Counted from the first letter of the stretch, positions 1 through 8,137 are shown. The stretch is DNA of 32,980 nt from Candidatus Thalassarchaeaceae archaeon (GCA_963577015.1 CAUYXQ010000001.1:1-32980), one strand, 5' to 3'. Made by a program: numbers and translations. Notes: a model not told the origin generated them from the letters alone.

Positions 1-2735
1 GCTAATTCACCGGTTGTGATATCATGGTAGACCACTCTTGAGATATTTTGTGAATCTATGTGTAATTGCAATGCTCTATCAAGGCTAGGGGTGATGCTAC
101 CTATCTGTTCAGAGGTAGACCAGATTCCATTTTGCTCTTGCTCGAGCCACAGCGTATTTCCAGGGGTGCTTTGATGAACGATTTGTTGATTTGCCTGAGA
201 GTCAACCGCTGACGCGAGATTTGCACCAAAACTGCTGCTGCTGCGTAAACTGTGCTCCAAGGCCACAAATGAAGTAGGTCGCATATAGGTGAAGGATTGC
301 CCTTGCCCAGAAACCAAAATCACATTTGCGACGCCGGTCGGAGATAAAGAGAATGCATAACCTACACTGGCGTTAGCAAGGGTATTGGACAGAGCCATCT
401 GAGTCCAGCGACCCTCGGCACTTCCATCCATGGTATGCTCCATCAATTGCAATACGCCGCCAATCTCGAACATTATCACCGTTCGACCATCGGCTGAGGT
501 CTCGAGTTCAAGTCCGCTAATCTCTTGAGAGAACTCGATATCGAAAGACTCCCATTCTATTTCAGAAAGAATCAGCAATTCAATGCTGTTAGAAGTCGTA
601 TTTTTCTGAGTTAGTAATAAATCCAGTAAACCATCTCCATCGAGATCGGATCCAGAGATGATGACTTCGGCTAATCGTGATTGAGACGAACCGGTTTTCA
701 GCAGATAGACCTCGTTTGAGGGGCCGGTTTCAGAACCCATATGCAGACGCAATTCGCCACGGTTATTGGCTTGAAGGCTTATCACGAAAAAGTCGTCATA
801 ACCATCTTTATCGATATCACCTGCAGGTGCTACTCGATAGCCAATGCGTTGGTTGGAAACCTCACCATCAAGCGTCCAATTTGGATCATCACCCAATCCG
901 CCTTCATCACCATAAAACATCCAAAGGCGCCCATTTTGATATTTATTATTAGTACCATTAAATATCTCACTAAAGAGTAATTCATCATCACCATCGCCAT
1001 CTAAATCACCGACGAATTGAATGTCGTGGCCAAATAGTCGGCCCTGCTCATTGCTCTGATAGATCTTTTGAGGAGTCAAGGTGAGACCATTTGCACCACC
1101 GTGAAAAATCTCGACCGAGGAATGGGAAACTGGGTCCTCGGTTGTGCCGGTATTGCTTACGGCAAGGTCAGGATAGCCATCACCATTGAGATCACCCTGA
1201 GATGCGAATGCTCTGCCGAAAAACAGACCCGTTCCGCTTTGGCTTACTTGACCATATGTCGAAAGGGAATCGTTTCCTCCAGAGATGATGGTCAATTGTC
1301 CTAATTCATCCTCGCCGCCTGAGATATTGGCCGCCATAATTGCAAAATCGTCATCGCCGTCTTGGTCAACATCACCGAGATCTACCAATGAAGAACCGAC
1401 CAACTGTCCTGCCTGACCTGAATAAGTCCACGATTCAGTGTCCGAAATCCCGCTGCTGGTAGCCAGTCTACACTCGACCACTCCCGCTATCGTATCATTG
1501 CCAGGTGCTGAAATAATTAGATCATCCAAACCATCACCATTGACATCGACCAATAAAACCGCACTGCCAAAGCCAAGGTATTGTCCTGTATTAGTTACCA
1601 TTATGGCGCTGGTATTTACCCCCGCTCCTGTGCCCAAATGGATGCGCACTTGACCCAAACCATCAGCATCACCGATAGCGATATCATCCAAACCATCACC
1701 ATCGATATCACCAACCGCAATACCCCCAGTAGGTGAAGTATCTGCATCTGCCATCGCCTGGATTATCTCAACAGGTTCAGAGGGGATTCTACCGGTTACT
1801 TTGCCAGAGAGGCTGCGCAAAACATTCAGATAATTGGTACCATTATCCTCGAAAGAAAACGCCACTTGGGCTACACCATCAGCATCGATTCCCATGCCAA
1901 GACCACCACTTAAATTACCTGAATTTGCAATATTATTACGGATTAATTGCTGATCATCATAACTCACCGAGAGCAGCCCCTGGTTGATGTGACGATAGAT
2001 AATCAATGGTGAGTCATCACTTTGTATTATCAATTCAATGTCATCATCGACCGGGCCTTGGTCGATTACTCGATCAATCCAGAAAGTGCTAGTCGAATTG
2101 ATATACCGCAGTGAATCATTCACATCACGAAATACGATATTTGCCCTATCATCGCTATCCATCGCCATGGTCAATGGGCCACCTGCAATTCCCTCAGCGA
2201 TTATTCGGTTATTCCAAACCGGCTGCGAATAGATGGTACCAATCACCGTCCTCCTGGCATAGACGAGGTTTGCTTCATCGTAAAATGCAACCCTCACCCT
2301 GTCATGACCAGTATATTGAATCGCACAATCATCAATGGGATTTGATGAATTGAGGATTCCAATCACATCGCTATCGATAGAGCCGTTTACCGATATTTGG
2401 TAATAAGTAACGACGGTATCGTCGACAGTGCAGATATGAGCGGTTCCATCCGGAGCCACATCGATACCCACAGCGGTAGCATTTGATGCGTTGACAAGTG
2501 CGATTGAAAGCCAGTTGTCGAGGTTTGATTCAGGGCGAACCGTCCACGAATGACCGTTTACCGTGAGGGGTTTACCGGCCAACTGCGAGCCAGAACCGTT
2601 CTCTAATTCAAGAGATTGAACCCGCTCACTAACATCGTCCTCGGATATCGATTCGGAAAAAGATTGAGGGATTACCAACACCTGAACGAGAAACATCATC
2701 GCGATGAGTGCAGCGATACCCCCTCTGCCGCACAT
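1..2735 (-). CDS. Surface protein with an N-terminal signal/anchor helix and a seven-repeat FG-GAP (integrin-alpha-like) beta-propeller. The C-terminus runs off the left window edge (partial).
   Basis: The minus-strand frame is open for 911 codons, from the ATG (complement of 2733-2735, with an in-frame TGA four codons upstream) to base 1. It is absent from the ORF track because no stop lies inside the window. The N-terminus is MCGRGGIAALIAMMFLVQVLVIP. There are seven Ca-binding cores: GDIDGDGLDD, VDVNGDGLDD, GDVDQDGDDD, GDLNGDGYPD, GDLDGDGDDE, GDIDKDGYDD, SDLDGDGLLD. Several are preceded by FG-type strands (YLGFGSAV, LFFGRAF, RLFGHDI). Confidence 0.8.
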   Translation of the reverse strand, partial: MCGRGGIAALIAMMFLVQVLVIPQSFSESISEDDVSERVQSLELENGSGSQLAGKPLTVNGHSWTVRPESNLDNWLSIALVNASNATAVGIDVAPDGTAHICTVDDTVVTYYQISVNGSIDSDVIGILNSSNPIDDCAIQYTGHDRVRVAFYDEANLVYARRTVIGTIYSQPVWNNRIIAEGIAGGPLTMAMDSDDRANIVFRDVNDSLRYINSTSTFWIDRVIDQGPVDDDIELIIQSDDSPLIIYRHINQGLLSVSYDDQQLIRNNIANSGNLSGGLGMGIDADGVAQVAFSFEDNGTNYLNVLRSLSGKVTGRIPSEPVEIIQAMADADTSPTGGIAVGDIDGDGLDDIAIGDADGLGQVRIHLGTGAGVNTSAIMVTNTGQYLGFGSAVLLVDVNGDGLDDLIISAPGNDTIAGVVECRLATSSGISDTESWTYSGQAGQLVGSSLVDLGDVDQDGDDDFAIMAANISGGEDELGQLTIISGGNDSLSTYGQVSQSGTGLFFGRAFASQGDLNGDGYPDLAVSNTGTTEDPVSHSSVEIFHGGANGLTLTPQKIYQSNEQGRLFGHDIQFVGDLDGDGDDELLFSEIFNGTNNKYQNGRLWMFYGDEGGLGDDPNWTLDGEVSNQRIGYRVAPAGDIDKDGYDDFFVISLQANNRGELRLHMGSETGPSNEVYLLKTGSSQSRLAEVIISGSDLDGDGLLDLLLTQKNTTSNSIELLILSEIEWESFDIEFSQEISGLELETSADGRTVIMFEIGGVLQLMEHTMDGSAEGRWTQMALSNTLANASVGYAFSLSPTGVANVILVSGQGQSFTYMRPTSFVALEHSLRSSSSFGANLASAVDSQANQQIVHQSTPGNTLWLEQEQNGIWSTSEQIGSITPSLDRALQLHIDSQNISRVVYHDITTGEL
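576..1733 (-). repeat. Seven tandem FG-GAP repeat units (protein-level repeat, roughly 58-63 aa period) inside the edge-truncated gene
   Basis: The seven DxDxDG-type cores listed for the CDS fall at about aa 342, 396, 454, 514, 576, 639 and 695. Coordinates are approximate. Confidence 0.7.
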
Positions 2736-2785
2736 CACCACCGCTCACCATCCTTCTTACAAAACCATTGTTGACTTACGCTCAA

Positions 2786-2807
2786 CGGTCCCCCTATGGG
2801 GGGACCG
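2786..2807. promoter_or_regulatory. GC-rich perfect inverted repeat (9-bp arms, 4-nt spacer) in the divergent intergenic region; candidate operator or structured element
   Basis: The sequence is cggtccccc-tatg-gggggaccg, read directly. It lies midway in the 125-bp gap (2736-2860), the largest non-coding stretch of the window. A weaker hairpin, gaaacc(12 nt)ggtttc at 2835-2858, abuts the GTG start at 2861. Confidence 0.35.
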
Positions 2808-2860
2808 GTGTCAAGTGATTGGAGCGAATGGCTTGAAACCTTAGACCGAGAGGGTTTCAT

Positions 2861-3436
2861 GTGTCAGAGCGAATTGTGGTCGTCGGAAATGGACAATGGC
2901 CTAGCGAACGAATTTGGGTTGAATTGATAGCAAATGCCGATAAAGTAGTTGCTCTCGATGGCGCAGCGGATAGAATAAATTGTGACATTGTCATCGGTGA
3001 TCTCGATAGTTGGAGTGGAATCGGTGAACAAGAGGTGATAAAACTCGAAGGGCAGGATGATACCGACCTTGCCAAGGCATTGAAGAGATTTGATGTGAAC
3101 GATGTATTTGGAATCGAAGGCGACCGTCTCGATCACAGGTTGGCAGCATTTACCGCGCTATTTGAAGCGAATTCTAACGCAACAATCCATCTCGAGGGAT
3201 GGAATGCACGCAGGGTTTCAGCCAATGGGACCAAACTTGAAGTTGAGATTGGAACCAATGTTTCTCTATTTGCATTTGGCAAGGTCTTAGCAATTCATAC
3301 CAGTGGGCTATTACATCCGCTTGACGGGGATGATATGGAAACCTCTAGCCGCGGTGTTCACAATGAGGCGACTGATAATCACGTCAATATCAGCCATGAC
3401 AGTGGTGATTTATTGGTTATTTGGCAAACAAAATAG
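2861..3436 (+). CDS. thiN: Thiamine pyrophosphokinase
   Basis: 191 aa with a GTG start. TPK signature series in order: IVVVGNG, GDLDS, GQDDTDLAKAL, GDRLDH, then C-terminal thiamine-binding-like VSLFAFG...HTSGLLHPL...HNE. This resembles B. subtilis ThiN (GDFDS / DQTDL / GGRADH) as I recall it. Confidence 0.8.
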   Translation: MSERIVVVGNGQWPSERIWVELIANADKVVALDGAADRINCDIVIGDLDSWSGIGEQEVIKLEGQDDTDLAKALKRFDVNDVFGIEGDRLDHRLAAFTALFEANSNATIHLEGWNARRVSANGTKLEVEIGTNVSLFAFGKVLAIHTSGLLHPLDGDDMETSSRGVHNEATDNHVNISHDSGDLLVIWQTK

Positions 3437-3440
3437 TGAA

Positions 3441-4364
3441 TTAATCTCTCCTTGGAGAAGGTGGTAAATTCTCCCGAATATGACGGCTATAATCGCCTTT
3501 ACCATCCCACTTAGTTGCATGCTGATCAATTCTACTAGCAGCCAAAGTAGCGTCATATCCGCCCCAGTCTTCTATCAACTTCAACTTCCAAGCTGCTCTA
3601 GCTGAATGTCCAGGTAAGAAAGTGCGCCACATGAATGGAATTCTTCCAGGGGTGATTGTATTCACCTGCTCAACGATTGCAGTAGCACAAGAAGCGGTTA
3701 AGGTATGATACCATTCTGGTCTTTGAGAAAGTTGGTTCAAACGCTGACATAATTGTAGCAATAATGCCTTTTCCTTCCCGGGAGGAGTCTGGGCCCTGAA
3801 AAGATGAACCTTATGAGAGCGCGAATTGGTTCGCAAATACAACGCATCTCTCTCAGTTGAAACCAATAAATAGAGTTCATATGAGCGCCACATCCCATCC
3901 CAAGGATGATACCTTTCACCAATTTCTCGGCGGCACTCAAAGGAGAAGGTCAGTACAGTTCCGTCCTTGAATTCAAAGGAAAGCATGGTGTGAGCCAATC
4001 CTTTGACCGAGTGAAAATGGTCAATCACATACCAAATATCGCTGATTTCGTCAGCATTTACTTTGACATCTATCCATTTCACATCGTGGTCTTTTATCGT
4101 ACGCCAAGTGAAATCCCTCACATTGCTAAACTCGATTTCATCAGCGGATATCTTTGCACTAGCGACCTCGGCACAATCACTGACCCAATCTCTATCCAAT
4201 AACGCCACTCTAGGTCTGATTCTAGCCCACCACAACCACGTATACCGAACTATGATAATAGTGATAATAGTGCCTAAACAAATAGTCAATATCAATACGA
4301 GATTAATTCTACCACCTCTGCCACATTCCCGTGGCTTCGTCCCACCAATCAACACCACCGTCAA
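3441..4364 (-). CDS. DUF4105 (Lnb N-terminal-like) domain membrane protein; start codon uncertain
   Basis: N-terminal TM helix INLVLILTICLGTIITIIIV. The pattern NVRDF...W.....IWYVIDHF....GLAHTMLSFEF.DG..L.FSFECRRE.GE.Y.......YELYLLVSTERD....RTN.....V.L...........L...YHTLTASCAT fits my memory of the DUF4105 profile. There is no ATG before aa ~125, so a TTG/GTG start (4352-4364) is required. That start overlaps the upstream gene by 35-56 nt. Confidence 0.6.
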   Translation of the reverse strand: MTVVLIGGTKPRECGRGGRINLVLILTICLGTIITIIIVRYTWLWWARIRPRVALLDRDWVSDCAEVASAKISADEIEFSNVRDFTWRTIKDHDVKWIDVKVNADEISDIWYVIDHFHSVKGLAHTMLSFEFKDGTVLTFSFECRREIGERYHPWDGMWRSYELYLLVSTERDALYLRTNSRSHKVHLFRAQTPPGKEKALLLQLCQRLNQLSQRPEWYHTLTASCATAIVEQVNTITPGRIPFMWRTFLPGHSARAAWKLKLIEDWGGYDATLAASRIDQHATKWDGKGDYSRHIRENLPPSPRRD

Positions 4365-5595
4365 GATGTTGACGCCAGATTATCCCCGCCTCGTCGACAT
4401 GGGTTGCCAATCCTTCAGCATCCATCATCATGGCCTGATTCAAATCGATTTCATCGTCATTTGCAGCAGGTTGTTTTACCAACATCAAAAACACGAGGAC
4501 TGCAACCAATAACGATAATCCACCGATTCCATACCAGCCAACTGATTGCGTCTCGGTTTCAGAACCAACTGACTGTACCGGTTGTGAGGCCAATTCCTCA
4601 TCTGAAGCATCACTTGCAGGAACCCGGATTAGATTTAGCCCCTTTGTGGTGCTAATACCCTCTGAATTGGTGACTTTTAGCAGTATTTTGTAAACCCCTG
4701 CTGGCCAATCAGCGCAGGTTATCATATCGCCAGTTCCCATCGAGCCCAACTCTGGAGATATTTGCCATTCCAACAGAAATCCAGCTTGGTTTACATCATT
4801 GGTTGACATTCTTACCGAGCAAACCTTACCAACTTCAAAACCATCTCCTTGAACCGCTAAAGCAAACTCTGGAGGTGGCCGGTTGTGGATTGTGAAATTG
4901 AGCCATGAGGTGGTGGTCTGACCCAATGAATTTTGATAGGTTTCCATCAATTCATATCCGCCGGCAGGCCAGATGCTGCAATCGAGTACCTGGTCTGAAT
5001 CGAGTACTTTGAATGGTGCTCCACTGATAGACCGTGTGCCATCAGCACCCCATCTAGGTCCGGTTTCGTCGGCGAAAACCCGAGTTATCAAGCAGTCATC
5101 ACCGGTTTCTAGCCAACCATTTGCCGATAATTGCAATGAAACATATGGGGTTTGTAGTGCAGGCATCAAATCAAAGGTACCAAGTTCGATAATACGCAAC
5201 GACCTTCCCGAGAGGTCTGTGATCTCAAGTATGATGGTATGTTCGCCCTCTTGCCATGAATCATAAGTCATATTCACATTAGCGATACCTTGAAAATTCT
5301 GCCCTTCGCCCTCATCGGAAAAGGTCTCAACCCGTTGCTCATCGACGGTCATATAGCCTTGTGTCCCTCGTAAATTGAGAATAAGACTGGCATCACTAGC
5401 CTGCGAAGTGATATGAAGAATTATCATCACCCGGTCATTTCTACCGAATTGTTCTGCGCCAAGTGTGGTCACTTCGATACAGGTTTCACATATTTCAAAG
5501 CCTGCTGCCGTCAATGCATCAGTCTCTTCTTCTGCAGCACTGGGTGGAATAAATAGCACTAGAAGAATCAGTAATATGGCCTTGAACTCACGCAT
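4309..5595 (-). CDS. Type-I membrane surface protein with about three Ig/PKD-like modules and a Trp-rich cytoplasmic tail
   Basis: The ORF extends to 5742, but the signal peptide MREFKAILLILLVLFIPPSAA begins at the ATG at 5595. That ATG is preceded by GGGGGTGAT (5600-5608) with a 4-nt spacer. The start overlaps the upstream stop (5588-5590) by 8 nt. Repeated module signatures: WQEGEHTIILEITD, CSIWPAGGYELMETY, CADWPAGVYKILLKVTNSEG. C-terminal TM helix: WYGIGGLSLLVAVLVFLMLV. Confidence 0.75.
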   Translation of the reverse strand: MREFKAILLILLVLFIPPSAAEEETDALTAAGFEICETCIEVTTLGAEQFGRNDRVMIILHITSQASDASLILNLRGTQGYMTVDEQRVETFSDEGEGQNFQGIANVNMTYDSWQEGEHTIILEITDLSGRSLRIIELGTFDLMPALQTPYVSLQLSANGWLETGDDCLITRVFADETGPRWGADGTRSISGAPFKVLDSDQVLDCSIWPAGGYELMETYQNSLGQTTTSWLNFTIHNRPPPEFALAVQGDGFEVGKVCSVRMSTNDVNQAGFLLEWQISPELGSMGTGDMITCADWPAGVYKILLKVTNSEGISTTKGLNLIRVPASDASDEELASQPVQSVGSETETQSVGWYGIGGLSLLVAVLVFLMLVKQPAANDDEIDLNQAMMMDAEGLATHVDEAGIIWRQHLDGGVDWWDEATGMWQRW

Positions 5596-8113
5596 TGCCA
5601 TCACCCCCTTGAAAGAGATCGTCAACGATTTCATGTATTCCCTCGCCGGCTGATTGGGTAGATTCAAGATGAACGGGTTGTTGCTGATATACCGCTTCAT
5701 ATACACTCTTATCTTTGAGGGATTCCTCGCTGAATGACTCATCGCCCCGCAGTAACCTTACCACTGCTGCGGCTAATGCACCAAGCATTATCGCCCCACC
5801 TAATAGCATGTAACTTAGCAAACTTCCAGCCGGGTCCTCACCAAGTCCGGCGATAGCCGCGGCAAAACCACCATATTCGTTGGACCAGCCATCGCCATCG
5901 CTATCGGGACAACCTTGGAGGTCACGCGTCGAACTGCCGGCAACCTCTGGACAGTCATCGCGAGCAGAACCGAGGGGATTGTCGCCAAAGCCATCCTCGT
6001 CGGCGTCGAGCCATTGAAATCTATCATTTGGAAAAGCATCACCGGTACCCCAAGGTGCTGCTTGCCAATCCTCGGTTGGGTCCGACCAACCATCGCCATC
6101 TGAATCTCGACAACCCATGCGATCGAAGATTGAATTGCCTCTTTGTAGCGGGCAAGCATCAGCTTCGTGACCATTGATTTGGTCACCAAAGCCATCGCCA
6201 TCACTATCTCGCCACTGTGTCGGCTCGTGGATGAAAGTATCTCCTAGATCGGACCAGCCATCGCCATCGGTATCTGGGCAACCCCATCTATCGCCGCCCT
6301 CTCTCGAGCCGACAGAGGTTCCAGGGGTATCGGGGCAGACATCGGCATCGGTTCCAGTTGGAGCATCACCTCTGCCATCACCATCGCTATCATGCCACTG
6401 ACTGTCATCCTCGGGCCAAGTATCTGCGCTTCCTGCCGGGCTGGCTAACCAATGTAAAGTAGGGTCAGACCAACCGTCGCCATCACTATCTGGACAACCC
6501 CAGCGGTCAAAGGATGAATTGCCGACAGTCGACAAGCAACCATCCCCCCGCCAAGCCTCACGCCATGCATTTCCATCGAAATACTCGAGATTATCACCAT
6601 ATCCATCGCCATCGGAATCACGCCATTGAGATTCATCGTCAGGGAAAGCATCAGCAAATCCATCGGGATGGGAAATCCAAAGGGCATCAGGGTTGGAATA
6701 TCCATCCATATCCGAATCTCTACAACCATGACGATCGGCCCAACTTATCCAACCATTATCCACTTCCTCAGCACTGCTATCCGGGCAATTATCTGGAGTG
6801 GTGCCATAGATGTTATCGCCAAAACCATCACCATCAGAATCAGCCCATTGACTGCTATCAACAGGGAATTTATCGACTTGGGTTGCCCCATAGGTGTAGT
6901 TATCGCCCCAGCCATCGCCATCGCCATCGCGCCATTGAGTGGGGTTGTCGATGAAATCATCAACCCTCTCTGCACCTAGGGTTTGATTGTCACCCCAGCC
7001 ATCGCCATCGACATCGGACCACTGGCTGGGTATCGAAGGGAAAGCATCGGCACCATTGGCACTGGTCCAATTGTCATCACCATCCGACCAACCATCGCCA
7101 TCACCATCGGGACAGCCGTAACGATCTAGATTGGAATATCCGGTGATAAAGGGACAGGAGTCCGGGCGCGAAGCATTGTCTATCCATTGACCGATAGACC
7201 AATTCTCTCGGGTTGAATTGGTGGTCACATCAGCCCAATTATCGCCGTAGCCATCAGCATCGGTATCATTCCATTGACTATTTTCGAAAGGGAATGCATC
7301 GGCACTGCCCTCGGGATGTGCTGGCCAAGGTGCGCTGCTATTCTGCCCGCTTGGGTCGGCATCGGACCAACCGTCTAGGTCAGAGTCTATACAGCCGTAG
7401 CGGTCCAAAGATGAGACACCTCTTTGATCGAGACAGTGGTCTCCTTGGAAGCCGTCGAGATTATCGCCATAGCCATCGCGGTCACTATCACGCCATTGGC
7501 TACTTTCACTGGGGAATGCATCTGCAAAGCCATCCGGGTGTGCTACCCATGTGCTATCACCATCGGAATATCCATCTGAATCAGAATCAACACAACCGAG
7601 ACGATCATTGGTTGAAGTTCCTGCACTATCGTCACAATCATCCTCGGTATCTATGAAGCCATCATCATCGCTATCGCGATTATATTTGTCGAGAGATGGA
7701 GAAAGGGAATAGTCAAAGCCATCGGCGAACCATGAGTCCTCGGAATATACTCGTAAATGTATCCAACCGGCAAATGCTGCAGTCGTTGAAAGCGAGGTTG
7801 AAGATGAACCATCTTCGATTGAATTCTCTCCAGCAAGGGTGCTACCACTAGGTGTGGTCAGTTTGACATTGCCAGTGTAGCCACCATCCCATGCGGTAGA
7901 GGTTGAGGAAACATCCACCGTCAATACATCGCCAGTATAGGTGTAAATCTTCCACCAATCAGCTGGATCGCCGTCATTATCGACATTTCCATTGACCGAT
8001 TGGCCATCTTGCAACAACTCGGAAGAGGCTAAATCGTTATCGGCAGCGGCTAAAGGAGCGAGGTTCAATAACGTTGCAGCGACAAATATCGCCAACCACA
8101 CCCTCATGCGCAT
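5588..8113 (-). CDS. Type-I membrane protein with a PPC (pre-peptidase C-terminal-like) domain and 18 thrombospondin-type-3-like DxDxDG calcium-binding motifs
   Basis: Signal peptide MRMRVWLAIFVAATLLNLAPLAAA. PPC-like region: GDPADWWKIYTYTGDVLTVDV...AGWIHLRVY. I hand-counted 18 DxDxDG(W/Y/F)(S/G)D motifs (for example CVDSDSDGYSD, SQWRDSDRDGYGDN). C-terminal TM helix LLSYMLLGGAIMLGALAAAVV, followed by a tail of about 55 aa. Confidence 0.9.
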   Translation of the reverse strand: MRMRVWLAIFVAATLLNLAPLAAADNDLASSELLQDGQSVNGNVDNDGDPADWWKIYTYTGDVLTVDVSSTSTAWDGGYTGNVKLTTPSGSTLAGENSIEDGSSSTSLSTTAAFAGWIHLRVYSEDSWFADGFDYSLSPSLDKYNRDSDDDGFIDTEDDCDDSAGTSTNDRLGCVDSDSDGYSDGDSTWVAHPDGFADAFPSESSQWRDSDRDGYGDNLDGFQGDHCLDQRGVSSLDRYGCIDSDLDGWSDADPSGQNSSAPWPAHPEGSADAFPFENSQWNDTDADGYGDNWADVTTNSTRENWSIGQWIDNASRPDSCPFITGYSNLDRYGCPDGDGDGWSDGDDNWTSANGADAFPSIPSQWSDVDGDGWGDNQTLGAERVDDFIDNPTQWRDGDGDGWGDNYTYGATQVDKFPVDSSQWADSDGDGFGDNIYGTTPDNCPDSSAEEVDNGWISWADRHGCRDSDMDGYSNPDALWISHPDGFADAFPDDESQWRDSDGDGYGDNLEYFDGNAWREAWRGDGCLSTVGNSSFDRWGCPDSDGDGWSDPTLHWLASPAGSADTWPEDDSQWHDSDGDGRGDAPTGTDADVCPDTPGTSVGSREGGDRWGCPDTDGDGWSDLGDTFIHEPTQWRDSDGDGFGDQINGHEADACPLQRGNSIFDRMGCRDSDGDGWSDPTEDWQAAPWGTGDAFPNDRFQWLDADEDGFGDNPLGSARDDCPEVAGSSTRDLQGCPDSDGDGWSNEYGGFAAAIAGLGEDPAGSLLSYMLLGGAIMLGALAAAVVRLLRGDESFSEESLKDKSVYEAVYQQQPVHLESTQSAGEGIHEIVDDLFQGGDGNA
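5600..5608 (-). promoter_or_regulatory. Shine-Dalgarno-like site (GGGGGTGAT) for the internal Ig-like gene
   Basis: The reverse complement of atcaccccc lies 4 nt upstream of the ATG at 5595. It has the same geometry as the GAGGTGA site at 20632-20638. Confidence 0.4.
5876..7675 (-). repeat. Tandem array of alternating TSP3-like Ca-binding repeats (type A: C-x-DSDxDGWSD; type B: SQW-x-DSDGDGYGDN)
   Basis: Recurrent DNA blocks such as gaccaaccatcgccatc...gacaacc occur near 5881, 6074, 6250, 6467 and 7087. They encode C(P/R)DSDGDGWSD. Boundaries come from hand-counted residues 147-746. Confidence 0.8.
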
Positions 8114-8137
8114 GGTGCGCGATAAACCTAATCCTAG

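Noticed and set aside
2736-2860. Possible TPP (THI-element) riboswitch upstream of the thiamine pyrophosphokinase gene
   Set aside because: Fragments loosely resemble THI-box pieces (ccgagag vs CUGAGA; ttgaaacct vs GAACCUGA), but they occur in the wrong order. The conserved ACCUGAUCUGGAUAAUGCCAGCG core is absent, and TPK genes are not typical riboswitch targets.
5596-5742. N-terminal extensions offered by the ORF track for 4309-5742. The same applies to 30371-30451, 32199-32306 and 12889-12921.
   Set aside because: The extensions overlap the 3' end of the upstream gene by 30-150 nt and precede obvious signal peptides or domain starts. Downstream ATGs with SD-like motifs or sensible spacing give standard N-termini.
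5741-6550. Three RGD tripeptides in the TSP3-repeat protein (WRGDGC, DGRGDAP, LLRGDES), next to an integrin-alpha-like protein
   Set aside because: The protein is extremely Gly/Asp-rich, so RGD is expected by chance at roughly one copy. One copy lies on the cytoplasmic side of the TM helix. There is no evidence of a functional integrin-ligand pair.
6514-7656. Plus-strand ORFs of 146-147 aa (6514-6954 and 7213-7656) and 117 aa (6626-6979), encoding His/Arg/Ile-rich peptides
   Set aside because: They lie antisense to the TSP3-repeat gene. They are the mirror image of its GAT-GGC-GAT-GG codon periodicity, so stop-free antisense frames are expected. They have no start context or recognisable fold, and the sense gene is strongly supported.
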